Assembly (NCBI RefSeq): GCF_006345805.1
Contig: NC_042998.1
Location: 93,248,001-93,312,000, forward strand
DNA from: Octopus sinensis
Lineage: Eukaryota
Direction of reading: 5' to 3'
Length of the DNA stretch: 64,000 bases
The stretch's first letter is position 1. Every line of letters starts with the position of its first letter. This document shows positions 50,066 through 63,659 of the stretch, piece after piece. The translations under genes and the position numbers were made by a program. The notes under the pieces were generated by a model. That model saw only the letters and a program-made list of their open reading frames with translations, searched no databases and was not told where the DNA came from.

Positions 50066-50800
50066 TATATATATATATATATATATATCTATACATACAC
50101 ATATACGATGGGCTTCTTTCAGTTTCTGTCTAAAAATATCCACACACAAGACTTTGATTGGCATGAGATTATAGAAGACACTTGCCCCTCGACAGTGCCA
50201 TGCAATGGGACTGAACCTGGAACCATGTGGTGTGAAAGCAAACCCCTTACCACACAAGTACATTTTATCTGACAGTCCAACATAAACATTATTTTGGAAA
50301 TGTGTTAAACTATTAGTATTTGACTAAGGCGGTGAGCTGGCTGAATTGCTACCATGCCAGACAAAACGCTTAACATTCTGGGTTCAAATTCTGTCGAGGT
50401 TGACTTTGCCTTTCATCTTTTCGGGGTCAATTAAATAAGCACCAGTCATGCACTGGGGTCGATGTAATCGACTTAATCCCTTCCTCACAAAAGTTGAGGT
50501 CTTGTGCTTCCAGTAGAAAAGATTATACTTGATTTATCTATCTTAATTTAAACAAAAACCATAATCTCTTCTTAACATTCAGTATTTAATTGTGAACCAA
50601 ACATCCTCAAGGAGTCCCTACTATTCTGATCAAAAACCACTGAGTTAAAAGTACTTTGATGAAGTAAATACTTATATTTCATGAACATTTGTCTCTACTT
50701 CAACTTAAGGAACTGTAATAAAACTGCTTCTGTTTTTATAACCTGATTCATTATGAAACCTATTGCTTGGGACCCTTCTTCTCTCAATAACCCCTGTCAC

Positions 50801-51113
50801 CAGTGGCAGACTGGCCAGGTCACCAGCTTGCCCGATGTCAAGTGGGCTCCTGTGCCATTAGAATCCATATAAGGAGGTCCATATTAGTATCTAAGGGGCC
50901 CATCCCCTCAATGTTGGAGAATTTTTTATTCACTTCTGGAAGAATGCATTAATTATTTCAGCCTTGCTGTGTTTGTAGACAGTCGAAAAAAATACTTTTA
51001 ACAAAAAAAATAAATAGATGATAGTATTGTAGTTGTGAGTTGGCCCCCTGGAAGTTGTAGGTGGGCCCCTTAGTCTCCTGGGAACCAATAGTTTTAGACC
51101 CAGTCCTTCACTG
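50801..51113. mobile_element. Non-autonomous hAT element
   Basis: TIRs CAGTGGCAGACTGG / CCAGTCCTTCACTG; 8-bp TSD CCTGTCAC / CCGGTCAC (7 of 8). Confidence 0.8.
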
Positions 51114-51691
51114 CCGGTCACTCATTCTTTTTCTTTTATCTGTTCCCTGCCATAAACCCCCAACTAGTGATGACATTTATTACAGTGTCACTCTATCCAG
51201 TACCAGCTGATTTCAACTATATTCTGCTTCTCTCATCTTGCTTGCTTTTCCTCATCCTCCTGCTTAGAATCATCCCTCATGCTCTTCTATTCTCCCATGT
51301 GATGTGCAAGGCTAAGGATTCACTTTAGGTCCTCAGCCTGGCAAGTTTACAAAGTGATTTTCATTAGTGCTGGGACCATGGAAAACTGCACCTTGTACAC
51401 TCTGTAGAGTGATTGGTATCCAGCCAAAGAAATTGTGCCATAGGAAAAGCAACCAGTCAAAGCAACTCTGCCAAATAGACACAGGGGCATGATACAGTGC
51501 TCCAAACTGTTAATAGCTAATGAACTGTCCAAGTCAAGCCTACATGGAAGCCAGACATTAAGTAGTAGTGGTGGTGGTGGTGGTGGTGGTGGTGGCGGCA
51601 GTGGCGGTGGTGGTAAATAAATATATAGTATATAATAAGCACTATATTATGCATTCAGTAGATATATTATTTATAATAAAGCTATATACTG

Positions 51692-51910
51692 CAGGGTTAT
51701 TCAAAAAGAATGAACCGATTTTGTTTATGCAATATTTTAATAAGGAAAAGCAATAGAAAATTCCAGCTGCAGGTGACGGCCACATTGTACACTTGTAAGA
51801 CAGGAAATAAAAGTTGATAGTGAGTAAATACTTGTGACTTAGCTGGAGTTTTCTATTGCTTTTCCTTATTAAAATATTGTGTTAAAATCAGTTCTTTTTG
51901 AATAACCCTG
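51692..51910. mobile_element. Tc1/mariner-type MITE
   Basis: About 70-bp TIRs CAGGGTTATTCAAAAAGAA...; right end followed by TA. Confidence 0.85.
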
Positions 51911-51989
51911 TATATTCTGAAAATATATTGCATATAATGTGCATATATAGTATTCTCAGTAAATGTACAGTAGATCGATTGATGTCCAA

Positions 51990-52430
51990 TATTTTAAGTC
52001 TGGGTTTGTCCCCATTAACAGGGGTGGCCGGATTTACCTCACCCTTACAGCAACTGCTCTCACACCATCACGCCAAGCTTGCCCCGTTTTGGGTGTCCTT
52101 CAACCTCAAGCCAATCCTCCCAATCTCCTCCTCCATCTGACCCCTCCACGTTTTCTTTGGTCAACCTTGCTTTCACGGTTCATTCACTTTAAACTCAAGC
52201 ATTCTCCTCAGAACATGATCCTCATCCCCCTCAACACATGTCCTTACCACTGAACTCCATTCACCCTTGCCAGCTGTTCCTCTGATTCCCCCAACCCCAG
52301 CATCCCCATCAAGTCCTCAGCCTTCCTTTTATCCAATAGTTTCACATCATACACTGCTCTCACCATTGTTCTCTCGGTCCTTCTCAAAATTGCCATTTCA
52401 CTTTTCCTCAGACACCATGTCTCACATACA
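51990..52430 (-). mobile_element. 3' fragment of a second RTE family
   Basis: ETWCLRKSEMAILRRTERTMVRAV..LMGMLGL..LARVNGVQW*GHV. Confidence 0.75.
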
Positions 52431-52564
52431 GCAATAAATGTATATTGTATATTCTGTAAATTACACAGTATATAACAAGCCTGTGTTATTTTGTAAATAT
52501 AAAATAAGTGTAAAATAATATAAAATATATAGTATAAAATAAACTTGCATGACTTTTTAAAACA

Positions 52565-52830
52565 TTTTTTCTTGCCAAATAAACACATACACAATATATT
52601 CGTTTTTCACTCATTTATTATTGTTCTTATTTTATCTTATGTTCATTGTCTGGAAATCTTTCATCACACACCTGAGACCTCTTCAGCGACTCTTCCATTG
52701 CATGTGTCTCTTCCTGTTCTGATTAGTCCGTTCTGTCTTTCTATGGTGTGTATCAAACAATATGGTAAGCACACCCATATACACATGCACAAAACATACA
52801 TATGAAACACATAGATATGTATACACACAT

Positions 52831-52879
<49 letters not shown>

Positions 52880-53097
52880 GATACAGAAACAAATTTATGT
52901 GCAAATAAAGATACACACCATAGAAAGACAAAACACACTAAACAAAACAGGCGACATGTGAGATGGAAGAGTCACTGAAGAGGTCACAGGTGTGTGATGG
53001 AAGATTTCCAGATAATGGACATGAGATAAAATAAGAACAATAATAAACAAGTGGAGAGTGAATGTATAGTGCGTGTGTTTATTTGGCAAAAAAAAAT
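52565..53097. repeat. Fold-back with about 190-bp diverged arms, each with a degenerate hammerhead-like motif, around a (CA)n spacer
   Basis: Arms about 52565-52754 and 52910-53097; CTGAAGA-G-GTCAC aggtgt GTGAT..GAA(A/G)-GATTTC at 52975-53008 and its mirror at 52648-52690. Confidence 0.75.
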
Positions 53098-53191
53098 TAC
53101 CATCCCGAAATATAACGATATCTGTTTCACATCAGGAATCTTGCAAAAAACCAATTCATAAACATAAAAACTGGTAGAATGCATTCTGTGT

Positions 53192-53266
<75 letters not shown>

Positions 53267-53527
53267 TGTATGTATGTACGTATGTATGTATGTATGCATG
53301 TATGTATGTAAGTGTGTGTGTGTGTGTGTGTGTGCATGCGTGCGTGCGTGCATATGTATGTATGTATGCATGCATGTATGTATATATATATATATTATAT
53401 ATATATATATATATCATGTGATCACGTGACCGACCAGTCCATCAGATGTAGTTACACATCGCTGGTCACAATGCGTTCGCATTGTTTTAGCCTTCAAATG
53501 ACGCCACCCTGCTGGCTGAGCGAGCAG

Positions 53528-53563
<36 letters not shown>

Positions 53564-53686
53564 TACTGTATAATGAATATATACATTATATTCTTTAAAA
53601 ACAAAAGCTGAAGTTTATTGGTATCTCATGGAGAGAAGAAAATATCTAAATATGTCAAAGATTTGCCTTCGTTAGACAATCTAGGA

Positions 53687-53980
53687 TAGTGGTTCCCAAA
53701 GTGGATGGTATTGCCCTCCTGGGGGATGGGGGAAAGTTTCAAGGAGTTGTTGAAGAAAAGTGGGGCGATAATGGGGTGGTGATTCATGTAAAAACAATAA
53801 AATAATGAGTTTATTAGGTTAAGATTTATTTGTGAAATACAGTTGTTTTGTATTTGCTTCAGAAAGAGGTCCATGTTTGTGATGGTTAGTTGGGGTGGTT
53901 AGTTTGGGTTAGGTGGAAGTGCTAGGAATGTGGCCTGAGTATCAAGCGGGCAGCAGCCCGAAAATGTTTGGGAATCACTG
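53687..53980. mobile_element. Non-autonomous hAT (Charlie/Buster-like) element
   Basis: TIRs TAGTGGTTCCCAAA / TTTGGGAATCACTG; perfect 8-bp TSD ATCTAGGA with central TA. Confidence 0.92.
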
Positions 53981-54773
53981 ATCTAGGAAAACAGCCTGGT
54001 GTCTAGTACCATTTACACTATATTTTTATGCCATCGTTAGCTGCGTAAAATATACTTTTACAAAATATTTTAGCATAATTAATGTTCTTTTAAACAACCC
54101 AAGCAGAACAATATGAAACGAAGTTTTCTTTACTCAAGAACACAACACAATGTGCAGTCCAGGAATTGAAACTACCGTTCAAACACAAGTCAAACACAGC
54201 AGAATTTGAATTCAGAATATAAAGAAGAGAAAAATGCTGCTGAGCATTTTGTCCAGTGTGCTAATAATAAAGATGATGACGACAGCAATGGCAATGGTGG
54301 CAGCAACGATGATGACGATGACGACAACGAAAAGGAGGAGGATAAAAATTAAGAAGACAAATTTTTGATGTTTGTAATTCTAATGATAATATTTGAATTT
54401 CAAAAAATAATTCTACTAGGAAGTAGTATTAGCAAGTCATTGGAGTTGTTAGATATATTATCTCACTCAAAAACAAATTCTTGGGCCTACAACAAAGCTG
54501 CCAGTTTAATAATCACCATATTTAATTTTTCACTGTTGTAAAGTGAATATTTCTCTGGCTGGACGATACAGAACAAGATTATTTAAAATAAATCTTGTTT
54601 TATTTTGCAAACCCATTCAAACCAGGCAAGCAATGGGAAAAATGTCATATTAAACCAATGAATTATTGATTACTAATCCATTTACATCTTTAATCCTCTC
54701 ACTTCCTTATTCCATCAGTTCTTTAATCTATTCCTTTCTTATCAGTTTCTTTCTGCAGCACCTTTTCTATTGC

Positions 54774-55420
54774 ATTATATCAGAAAAGGTGGTGAGTTGA
54801 AGGAATCGTCAGCATATTGGGCCAAACACTAAGCTGCATTTCATCCAGCTTTACATTCTAAGTTCAAATTTCCACCAAGGCTGATTTTGCCTTTCATCCT
54901 TTCAGGGTTGATAAATACTAGATGAGCACTGGGGTCGATGTAATTGACTTACCCATTCTCCCAAACTTGCTGGCCTTGTGCCAAAATTTGGAAGTATTAT
55001 ATCAGAAATGGAAATGAGCCAGTGGAACTGTTAGCATGCTGGGCAAAATGCTTTATGGCATTTCATGTTTTCACATTCTGAGTTCAAATACCACCAATGA
55101 TGACTTTTCCTTTAATCTCTTTGGGATGAGATAAAAATAAGTACCAGTTGCACCTTGGGGGTCGATGTAATAGATTTAACCTCCCCCCACACACACACAC
55201 TTTCTTACCTTGAGCTAAAATTTGAAACCATTATATCAGAAAAAGCAGTGACTTGGCAAAATTGTTGGTGTATCAGACAAATGCTTAGTCATATTTCTTT
55301 CATCTCTTAAAGTTCCGAGTTCAAATGCCACTGAGGTTAACTTTATCTTTCCCCTTCTTGGGGTCAATAAAATACAGAAACCAGTCTAGCACTGTAGTTG
55401 ATGTATTCAAATAGCTGCCC
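54774..55420 (+). mobile_element. Three head-to-tail family A SINEs
   Basis: Each is preceded by ATTATATCAGAAA (54774, 54996, 55230). Confidence 0.75.
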
Positions 55421-55899
55421 CAACTAGAATTGCTTACTAAGGTGGTATTTCTTCTGGCTTGGTTCTGTCTGTTTGTCTGTATTCTTTTAGTCTTTTACTT
55501 GTTTCAGTCATTTAACTGTGACCATGCTGAAGCACTGCCTTTAGTCAAGCTAATCTACCCCAGGACTTATTCTTTGTAAGCTTAGTACTTATTCTATCAA
55601 TTTCTTTTGTCGAACCGCTAAGTTACGGGGAATGTAAACACACTTATACTCTTTTTGTGCTAGCCTACTGCATTCACATATGAGAAATATATTATTATTA
55701 TTATTATTCCATATATGCACAACAGATTAGACTGTTGGAAAAGAAAATTTCCTAACATTGGGCTACAACAAGTAACTTTAGATACTATACTTTTAAAAGG
55801 CATAGTTAGTAACCATTTGCTTAGAATTTAATATACCTCTAATATACACTCAGTATACACACAATGCATACACTCACATGAATGTTATAAGCTTTTATA

Positions 55900-56385
55900 T
55901 AAGACATTCGTAAAATGCAGGTGTTTTCACCACTTCATCCCATGTCTTCCTGGGTCTACTTCTTCCACAATTAGAGCTTGGCACTTTTTCCACAGCTGTC
56001 CTCATCCATATGCATCACATGACCAAACCTGTGTAATCTCCTCTCCTGCACACAATGTCTGATGCCACTTATGCCTAGTTTTCCTCTTAGACCATTTACA
56101 ATCAGTTGTGTGTATACACTGACATTATCCATCCAGTGGAGCATGCTAGCTTCATTTCTTTCAAACTTTCACAAGTCCTCTGTAGTGAAAGACCATGTTT
56201 CACATAGCTGTTTGTACACAGGTATCATACAATCTGCCTTTCACTCTGAGAGAGAGAGAGGCCATTTGTTACCAACAAAGGTAGAAGCTTTCTGAACTTT
56301 GCCCAATCTGTTCTTATTCTAGTAATTACACTTTCGAAACTTTTTTCACCACCACTAACTTGGTTTTCTAGGTAACAAAAGCTAT
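55900..56385 (-). mobile_element. RTE C-terminal fragment
   Basis: Reverse complement aligns to 18030-18490. Confidence 0.8.
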
Positions 56386-56797
56386 CTACTGTTTATATAT
56401 ACATATATATTCATTGTGTATGTGTGCATGAATGCATATTTGTATGTATGTCTGTAAGTGTGTGTATGAATGTGTTAGTGTGCATGTGTGTGTATGCAAC
56501 CCTTTATTTTTCATATTCCCCACTCCCTCCCCTCCATTGTATTTTCTCAGAAGAAGACAACAAAAGTCATTCCAAATATATGCATTTATTCTAGTCATTT
56601 CATTATGTTGAATTGTTAATCCCTACACATTTTTTTCTCTCTCATTTTTTCCTCTCAACACTTTAAATCAAAAAGTGTTGACTCGAAACATCAAAGACTT
56701 TTCCATTCTTCCTGAGTGTCAAACTAATACACCTGCTTGTTGTTCCCTCACCTGCCTTCATCTTTTGTTTTCTGTAAATTTGAACTCTCTCTCTCTC

Positions 56798-56935
<138 letters not shown>

Positions 56936-57050
56936 TAGATAGACAGCCAGATACATACATACATACTCTAATATGTATATAATTTCTTTATTCCTATTTT
57001 TACGTATGTGTGTGTGTGTGTGTGTGTATAACTGCAATTTCTAATTTTAA

Positions 57051-57436
57051 TCTTTATATATAAAAGTCAAGTTGTGTGTCTGTCTCCTACGATTTAAATT
57101 CCTAACTACTCCCACATTTTGCAGTGCAGTGTAACCAAAACCGGGTATCTTATAGTCGTGATTCATATCAAGCCCTTCTGGGTATTAGCGTGCGTCTATG
57201 ATGAGTCTACGATTTAAAAAAAAATTTACCATAATTTTTTTCCATTTTAATGCATTTTTTCGCTATTATATAAGGGAAGTAACTCTCTAAAAATGTCTAC
57301 GATGAATCAACGATTTAAAAAAAAATTACCATCATTTTTTTTCCATTTTTTTGCTATTTTTTGGCTATAACTCTCTAAAAATGCTTATATAGTTATTTCC
57401 CTTACAAACCCGAGCAACGCCGGGCGATACTGCTAG
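57051..57436 (+). mobile_element. Non-autonomous Helitron
   Basis: A|TCTTTATATATAAAAGTC ... CCCG-agcaacgc-CGGG hairpin, 11 nt, then CTAG|T; internal tandem duplication of about 100 bp. Confidence 0.88.
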
Positions 57437-58774
57437 TAGTTGATAAATCTTTTAAAAGATTAGAAAAGAAATCTGGTGAATGAAGAATCAAGTTGAATGA
57501 AGAATCAATTTAAAACCAGGCTGAAAATGAATGACTGAAGTAAAATATAAAGGTAAATGAAGACTCAAAATATAATGGAGCTAAGCTGAAACTTTCGCAA
57601 TTTTGTTCACACAACCAACAAGATATAATCTTCTTTTATTTGGTTACTTTTTCTTGAAGGAAATTCTTGATTTTTAAAAATGTTTTATTCTGTTTTTGTC
57701 TTGTAATAATTACATTTCATTTGCTCAAAATAAATTTTATTGAAAATTTATACAATAATATTTTCGCAAATAATAACAATTTTTCAAAGAATAATTAGCA
57801 AGGTATATTTTAAGTTGTGTAAAACAGTGTATTTTTCACACACTTAACAATGATCCAATTAATACTCGTTAACTACAAGAAAATAAATGAATGTTCAAAG
57901 TACCTGTAACTGGTTATTAAAATCAAATGTCTTTGGGGTGAAATGTCAATATAATATGGGGAAATAACATGATATACATTTTGTTTTGGATTTGGATATT
58001 CTCAAACCATTAACTCCTTTACTTGGGGATTTCATTTTTTTTAAGGTTCAAAGAAAAATTGTGTTAGTTTGAAAACCTAACAAAATTGAATTTTTATTTT
58101 TTTAAAATATAAAATGCCCAACTAATGAATTTCAAAATAAATAGATTTGAACAGACAAAAAAATATGATTTCTTCTTTTCTATACATTTGGTATATTTTA
58201 TTTTACATCCATTATTTTCACCGTTCTATTCATTAATCGTGTATGTGTGTGTATGTATGTATGTATGTATGTATGTATGTCTGTATGTATGTATATGTAT
58301 GCATGTAAGTGTGTGTGTGTGCATGAATGTGTGAGTGTGCATGTGTGTATGCATGCCTTTATTTTTCATATTCCCCACTCCCCCCCTATTGCATTTTTTC
58401 AGAAGAAGACAACAAAAGTCATTCCAAATATATTTTTATCTTACAGTTTCATTTGAAAATGATATATTAAAATTACTTGATGAAGTTAATTAAGTAATTA
58501 ATTCTCACTAAAAAATAAAAGCAAAAAATAAAAAAATAAAATGGACTATATTTAAATAAAAAGAAAAATACAACTTTACTCTGAGCCCTGGATGAAGGAA
58601 GTGGAGCTGGGTGGTGGGGAGAAAATAGTTGAACAAGTATTAATATCTTGCTTTCATAAAATCACAACTCATCTTCAGTAAGTCAGAGATATGATAAGAG
58701 TCGGTTCATATCATTTGTACATGAGGAAAATGTAAGGTTAATAAAGAAAAGTGTCTGCTGAAAGAAATGTTGGA

Positions 58775-58942
58775 TCACCAATCTAGGCTTTCTTTCTGAA
58801 ATGTCATCCGAGGACTATTCTCTGAATAAAACTGAGAAAACCATCTTCTGTGTCTCATCATCAGGGAATCTTCTTTTGATTTCACAAAAACAGGTTTGTG
58901 TTGGTACTGCTTGTTGTTCCAAATCATGATGTCACGTTCAAA
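58775..58942 (-). CDS. nvd: Terminal coding exon of cholesterol 7-desaturase Neverland/DAF-36 (Rieske oxygenase)
   Basis: TTTCTTCTATTATAG acceptor, then [55 protein letters not shown] (168 nt, phase 0). Confidence 0.88.
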   Translation of the reverse strand, partial: FERDIMIWNNKQYQHKPVFVKSKEDSLMMRHRRWFSQFYSENSPRMTFQKESLDW

Positions 58943-58984
58943 CTATAATAGAAGAAATTCAGTTATGTTAAACTATGGTTATTC

Positions 58985-59585
58985 ATCATCATCATCGTTT
59001 AACGTCTGCTTTCCATGCTAGCATGGGTTGGACGATTTGACTGAGGACTGGCAAACCAGATGGCTGCACCAGGCTCCTATATGATCTGGCAGAGTTTCTA
59101 CAGCTGGATGTCCTTCCTAATGCCAACCACTCTGAGAGTGTAGTGGGTGCTTTTACATGCCACCGGCACAAGGGCCGGTCAGGCGGAACTGGCAACAGCC
59201 ATGCTCAAGTGATGTTTTTTACGTGCCACCTGCACAGGAGCCAGTCCAGTGGCACTGGCAAAGACCTCGCTTGAATGTTTTTCACATGCCACCAGCACAA
59301 GTGCCAGTAAGGTGACACTGGTAATGATTCCGTTTGAATGGTGCTTTTTACATGCCACCGGCACGGAAGCCAGTCAGCTGCTCTGGCAGCGATCAAGCTC
59401 GGATGGTGCTCTTAGCACTCCACTGGCACAGGTGCCAGTCATCAAATTTGCGAATTTGATTTGATTTCAATTTCACTTGCCTCAACAGGTCTTCGCAAGC
59501 AGAGTTTAGTGTCCACTGAAGGAAAGGTATGCATAAGTGGACTGGTTACACCTCTGGCATAGGCCATGGGTTATGGTTATTATGT
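58985..59585 (-). mobile_element. RTE 3' UTR and tail in the last nvd intron
   Basis: Aligns to 18580-19138. Confidence 0.85.
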
Positions 59586-59692
59586 TTTTTAAAAAAAGAC
59601 CAAATATGTTTTAGAGAAATCTCTAAGAAAGCATTAAATGCATACATCATGAAAGAAAGCATATATGCATACATCATGATTCATTTATCTGT

Positions 59693-60130
59693 AGAGGTGG
59701 ATGGCTTAGTGGTTAGGGTGTCAGCACCATGATCGTAAAATTGTGGTTTTGATTCCTGGACTGAGTGATGGATTGTGATCTTAAGCAAAACACTTCATTC
59801 CATGCTACTAAAACGGTAAAGACCCCCTTCAGTCATGAATGACCATGGGATTGCACCTAGAAAGTCTGGGCAAGGTTGTTTACGGAAGACCAGAAGTTGC
59901 TTATGCATACCAGCTTCCCCTCTCTATTCCACTGATGTTATTCAAGGGAAAGGCAAAAGTGATACTGCTTGGCACTAGAGATGTTGCAACTCATTTCTAC
60001 AGCTGACTGAACTGGAGAAATGTGAAATAAAGTGTCTTGCACAAGAACACAACACGTAACCCAGTCTGGGAATCAAACTCACAACCCTGTGACTGGGAGC
60101 CCAACGCTCTAACCACTGAGCCATGTGCCT
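59693..60130. mobile_element. SINE head (+, about 59693-59805) abutting a second tRNA-headed SINE (-, about 59810-60130) in the nvd intron
   Basis: GGCTTAGTGGTTAGGGTG head on +; GGCTCAGTGGTTAGAGCG head on -. Confidence 0.65.
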
Positions 60131-60468
60131 CAATAGCTATGTGATAAAAAAAATTATCTGTAAAAGATCCAGTGCTTGGCTAATACTTTTATATATCTCG
60201 GCATCACAGTATCGACCAAGCAATCAAATTTTGTTATGCACCACTGGTCACAATGCGTTTCACATTGTTTTAGCTTTCAGTTGATGCCAACCCACTGGTT
60301 AGGAAAACAGGTCAAGTATAAGATATAAGTAACTTTATAACTCTGCCAGTTATCTGTAAATCAAAGAATGTGAAATATATTTCTTGGAAAAGATACTCTG
60401 TCTTGTAATTCTATAGTGTATCTAACAATCAGGTGTATCAAATTAATTCAATTTTTGATGGTACTCAC

Positions 60469-60642
60469 TTGAATAGCTTCTGCTAATAAAAGAAACTTTG
60501 CAAATAGTGTAGGTACACTTTTGCTAACATAGATATTATGAACAACTTTCTGCACCATTGGTTCGGTTGGAATGACACTCTGAATATATATTCCTTTACC
60601 AAATATACTCCGAAACTCCAAGTAGACAATTGCTGGTCCAAT
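60469..60642 (-). CDS. nvd: Penultimate coding exon of Neverland/DAF-36
   Basis: TTTTTTATCTTTAACAG acceptor; IGPAIVYLEFRSIFGKGIYIQSVIPTEPMVQKVVHNIYVSKSVPTLFAKFLLLAEAIQ; GTGAGT donor; 174 nt; splices in frame to give ..EAIQ|FERD.. Confidence 0.88.
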
Positions 60643-61333
60643 CTGTTAAAGATAAAAAAATTAAAGGTAAATTTTCTGAAGAAAATTAACATAAAATTAT
60701 GTACAGATGTTTTTTTGCCCCTACTATCATGTAGAAACTACTATCATGTTGGTGTTACCACCACCATTATTATTTCAATGTCTATTTTTCTGTTTGCATG
60801 GATCAACCAGAATTTTTTATGGCAGATTTTCTATGGCCATATGCCTTTCCTGTCACCAACTGTCATGTGCTTCCATGGAAGGTGATATTTTCCAATATGC
60901 AGGCATGTCTTTACAGAGGATTGAGAACAAATGATACCCTTTGTATGGTAACACATTTTTACAGCTTATGATGCGATGCCAAGACAAGGAGACACATACA
61001 TACATATATACATATTATATGTATAAAAATACAAACTGGGAGACTTGTCCCAGTTTGTATTTTTCTACATATAATATATATAGCGGCGCCCGTACCCTCT
61101 TTGGCCTTGTATGTAAGTACATACATACATACATACATACATACATGTACGCATACAACAACATAAAAGGTTCCACCTACCAAATCCATGCACAAGGCTT
61201 TGGTTAGCTGTAGGTTAGAATAGAAAATACTTCCCCACTTGCCCAAGGTGCCATGCAGTGAGATTGAACTTGAAGCCACATAGTTTGGAAGTGAACTTCT
61301 TAACCATACAGCCTTGCCTTCACCATGTGTATA

Positions 61334-61565
61334 CAGGTTGTGGCAGAAAGGTTGCCCCAGTTTCAAAGGTTAATAAAAAGCAGACACATGAAGATGCATG
61401 AAAACACTTTGCATTTCTATGAAGTTCATTAAATACCATTTTTTTCTGTCTCAGGTAGTACCCACCGAAGCCTGGAATGGAGAGCATTGTTTTTCCTGTA
61501 TCTTCATGGGGTAGTTTTTTTTTTATCAGCCTTTGAAATCAGGGCAACCTTTCTGCTGCACCCTG
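61334..61565. mobile_element. Tc1/mariner-type MITE
   Basis: About 46-bp imperfect TIRs CAGG(T/G)TG..GCAGAAAGGTTGCCC..TTTCAAAGG; TA on the left. Confidence 0.8.
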
Positions 61566-62769
61566 TTTATAATTCAGTTTTATTTATAAAGTTCATTATC
61601 ATCAACAACATCATCATCATTATTATTTAATGTCCATTTTTCCATGTTTGCATGGTTTGGACAGCTTGACAGGAACTCACCAGCCAGAGAGCTGTCCAGA
61701 CTCCAATTGTCTGTTTTGGCATGGTCTTTACAGTTGGATGCTCTTCCTAATGCCAACCACATTACAGAGTATTCTGGGTCCTTTTTATGTGTGTTTATGT
61801 AGCACCAGCACAAGTACATATTACGTGACACTGGCACTTGCAAAGGATCAGCACCAGCAAAGAACTGAGAAATATCACTCAATTATAGGTTCATGCTAAA
61901 AGCTTGGAAATGTTTGGGATGGTAATCCTTCATGCATATTCACAGATGAATTTCACAAAAGATATTTAAGATGTGCATATAATTTTACAATGTCCGGGTT
62001 TTGAACAAGAAAGGGTTAAAGGTTGTTGAGAGTTTAGCATTCTAAGGTTGGGCACTCCTTTAACAATGATGTCTTGCCACCAATTAATCTTTACTCAATG
62101 CAATCTCTCTCTCTCACACACATGCACACTCACACACACACACACACGCACACACACACACACACACACATGCACACACCATCAGAGGCATGGTTGTGTA
62201 AAGAAGTTGCTTTGTGACTACATGGTTTCATGTTCTGTTTCAGTGTGCAGTATCTCAAATAAGTGTCTTCCACTGGTGCCTTGACCAAACCAAAGCTGCT
62301 TGACTACATATGGTAGATACATGCTGTAAGGATCCTATTAGAACAGTGCCCCAGCATGGCCACAACCTTAGGGCTGAAATATACACAGAAGTGTAATGAT
62401 ATGTGGGCCTTTGGTGATTTTTTCTTCTCCTTTGGGTTTTGCCCTTTCTCCTTTCTGATGAAGAGCTATGCTCAAAACGTTAAACTCTCCTTTCTTGTGC
62501 ATGTCTTCACATTCATTCTTTTCTTTTTTCTTTCCTCTTTTTCGTTTTTTGAATTGTTTGTTCAATGAATTGACTATATGTGTGTGTGTGTGTGTGTATA
62601 GTCAATTTATATATATATATGAAACCCAGGAAGACACGATATGAAGTGGTAAGGACCAATCTTAGGATGTTGGGCCTAATGGAATAAATGACAATGGGCC
62701 GAGATGTCTGGCAATATGATGTTCTTGAGAAGACCCCCCTACGTTAGTGAAACTGAGTTCTAGAAGCAC

Positions 62770-63552
62770 TGTGTGTCCCACCCACACTTAAGAAGAAAAC
62801 TTCTCACACACTCTACCACAACAAACCAAACTACATCTCTACATCTCTACATCTCTTCTCTTATTCACATTTCTACTTTATGCACTATGCTTACCTCCCA
62901 CTCCACAATCCTATCCACTTGGCCCTGTGCCACTGTATCATTGCTCTCCACTAGACTCTGACCTGTGTGTTCCAGTCACATGCTCTGTCTCATGTATTAT
63001 TGCTATTTGCTAGTCCCTGACCTATTTGCTCCACCCATACATAACAAGAAAACTTTTTGCATACCCTACTCTAACAAACCAATCTACATCTCTTCTCTTC
63101 CTCATATTTCCTCCTTCAATCACTATGCCTACCTCTCACTCCCCAATCCTGTCCTCACAGCCCTATTCCGCTGTATCATTGCTATCCGGTAGCACTCCAC
63201 CTCACTCCGACTCTATATATACTCAGATTTTTGTCACTCACTCCCCAACTCCGTACTCATTAATCGTACTTTCTTCACAATATCCAGCCACTTACATTAT
63301 GATGTTCAAACCTCAAAGGTATGCCCTGGCACTTGCCACCATCTATATCTCTCTCTTCCTTTACTCAACCATTTATATTCTGATCCCTGTCCCTTGTAAA
63401 TATATATTCTGATCCCCGTCCCTTGTAAATATGCCCAGCACCATTTCTGTCCTGCTGTCTCCCACTCTCTCTCTCTTTTTCCTGCACTTCCCTCACGTTG
63501 GGTAACAATGCATTTCCTTTGCGGTAGCCACCTGCTTTTGTCCTCATTCCTG

Positions 63553-63583
<31 letters not shown>

Positions 63584-63624
63584 TTCCCATCTCTCTCCCT
63601 CTCTCCCTCTTCCCATCTTTCCCC

Positions 63625-63659
<35 letters not shown>

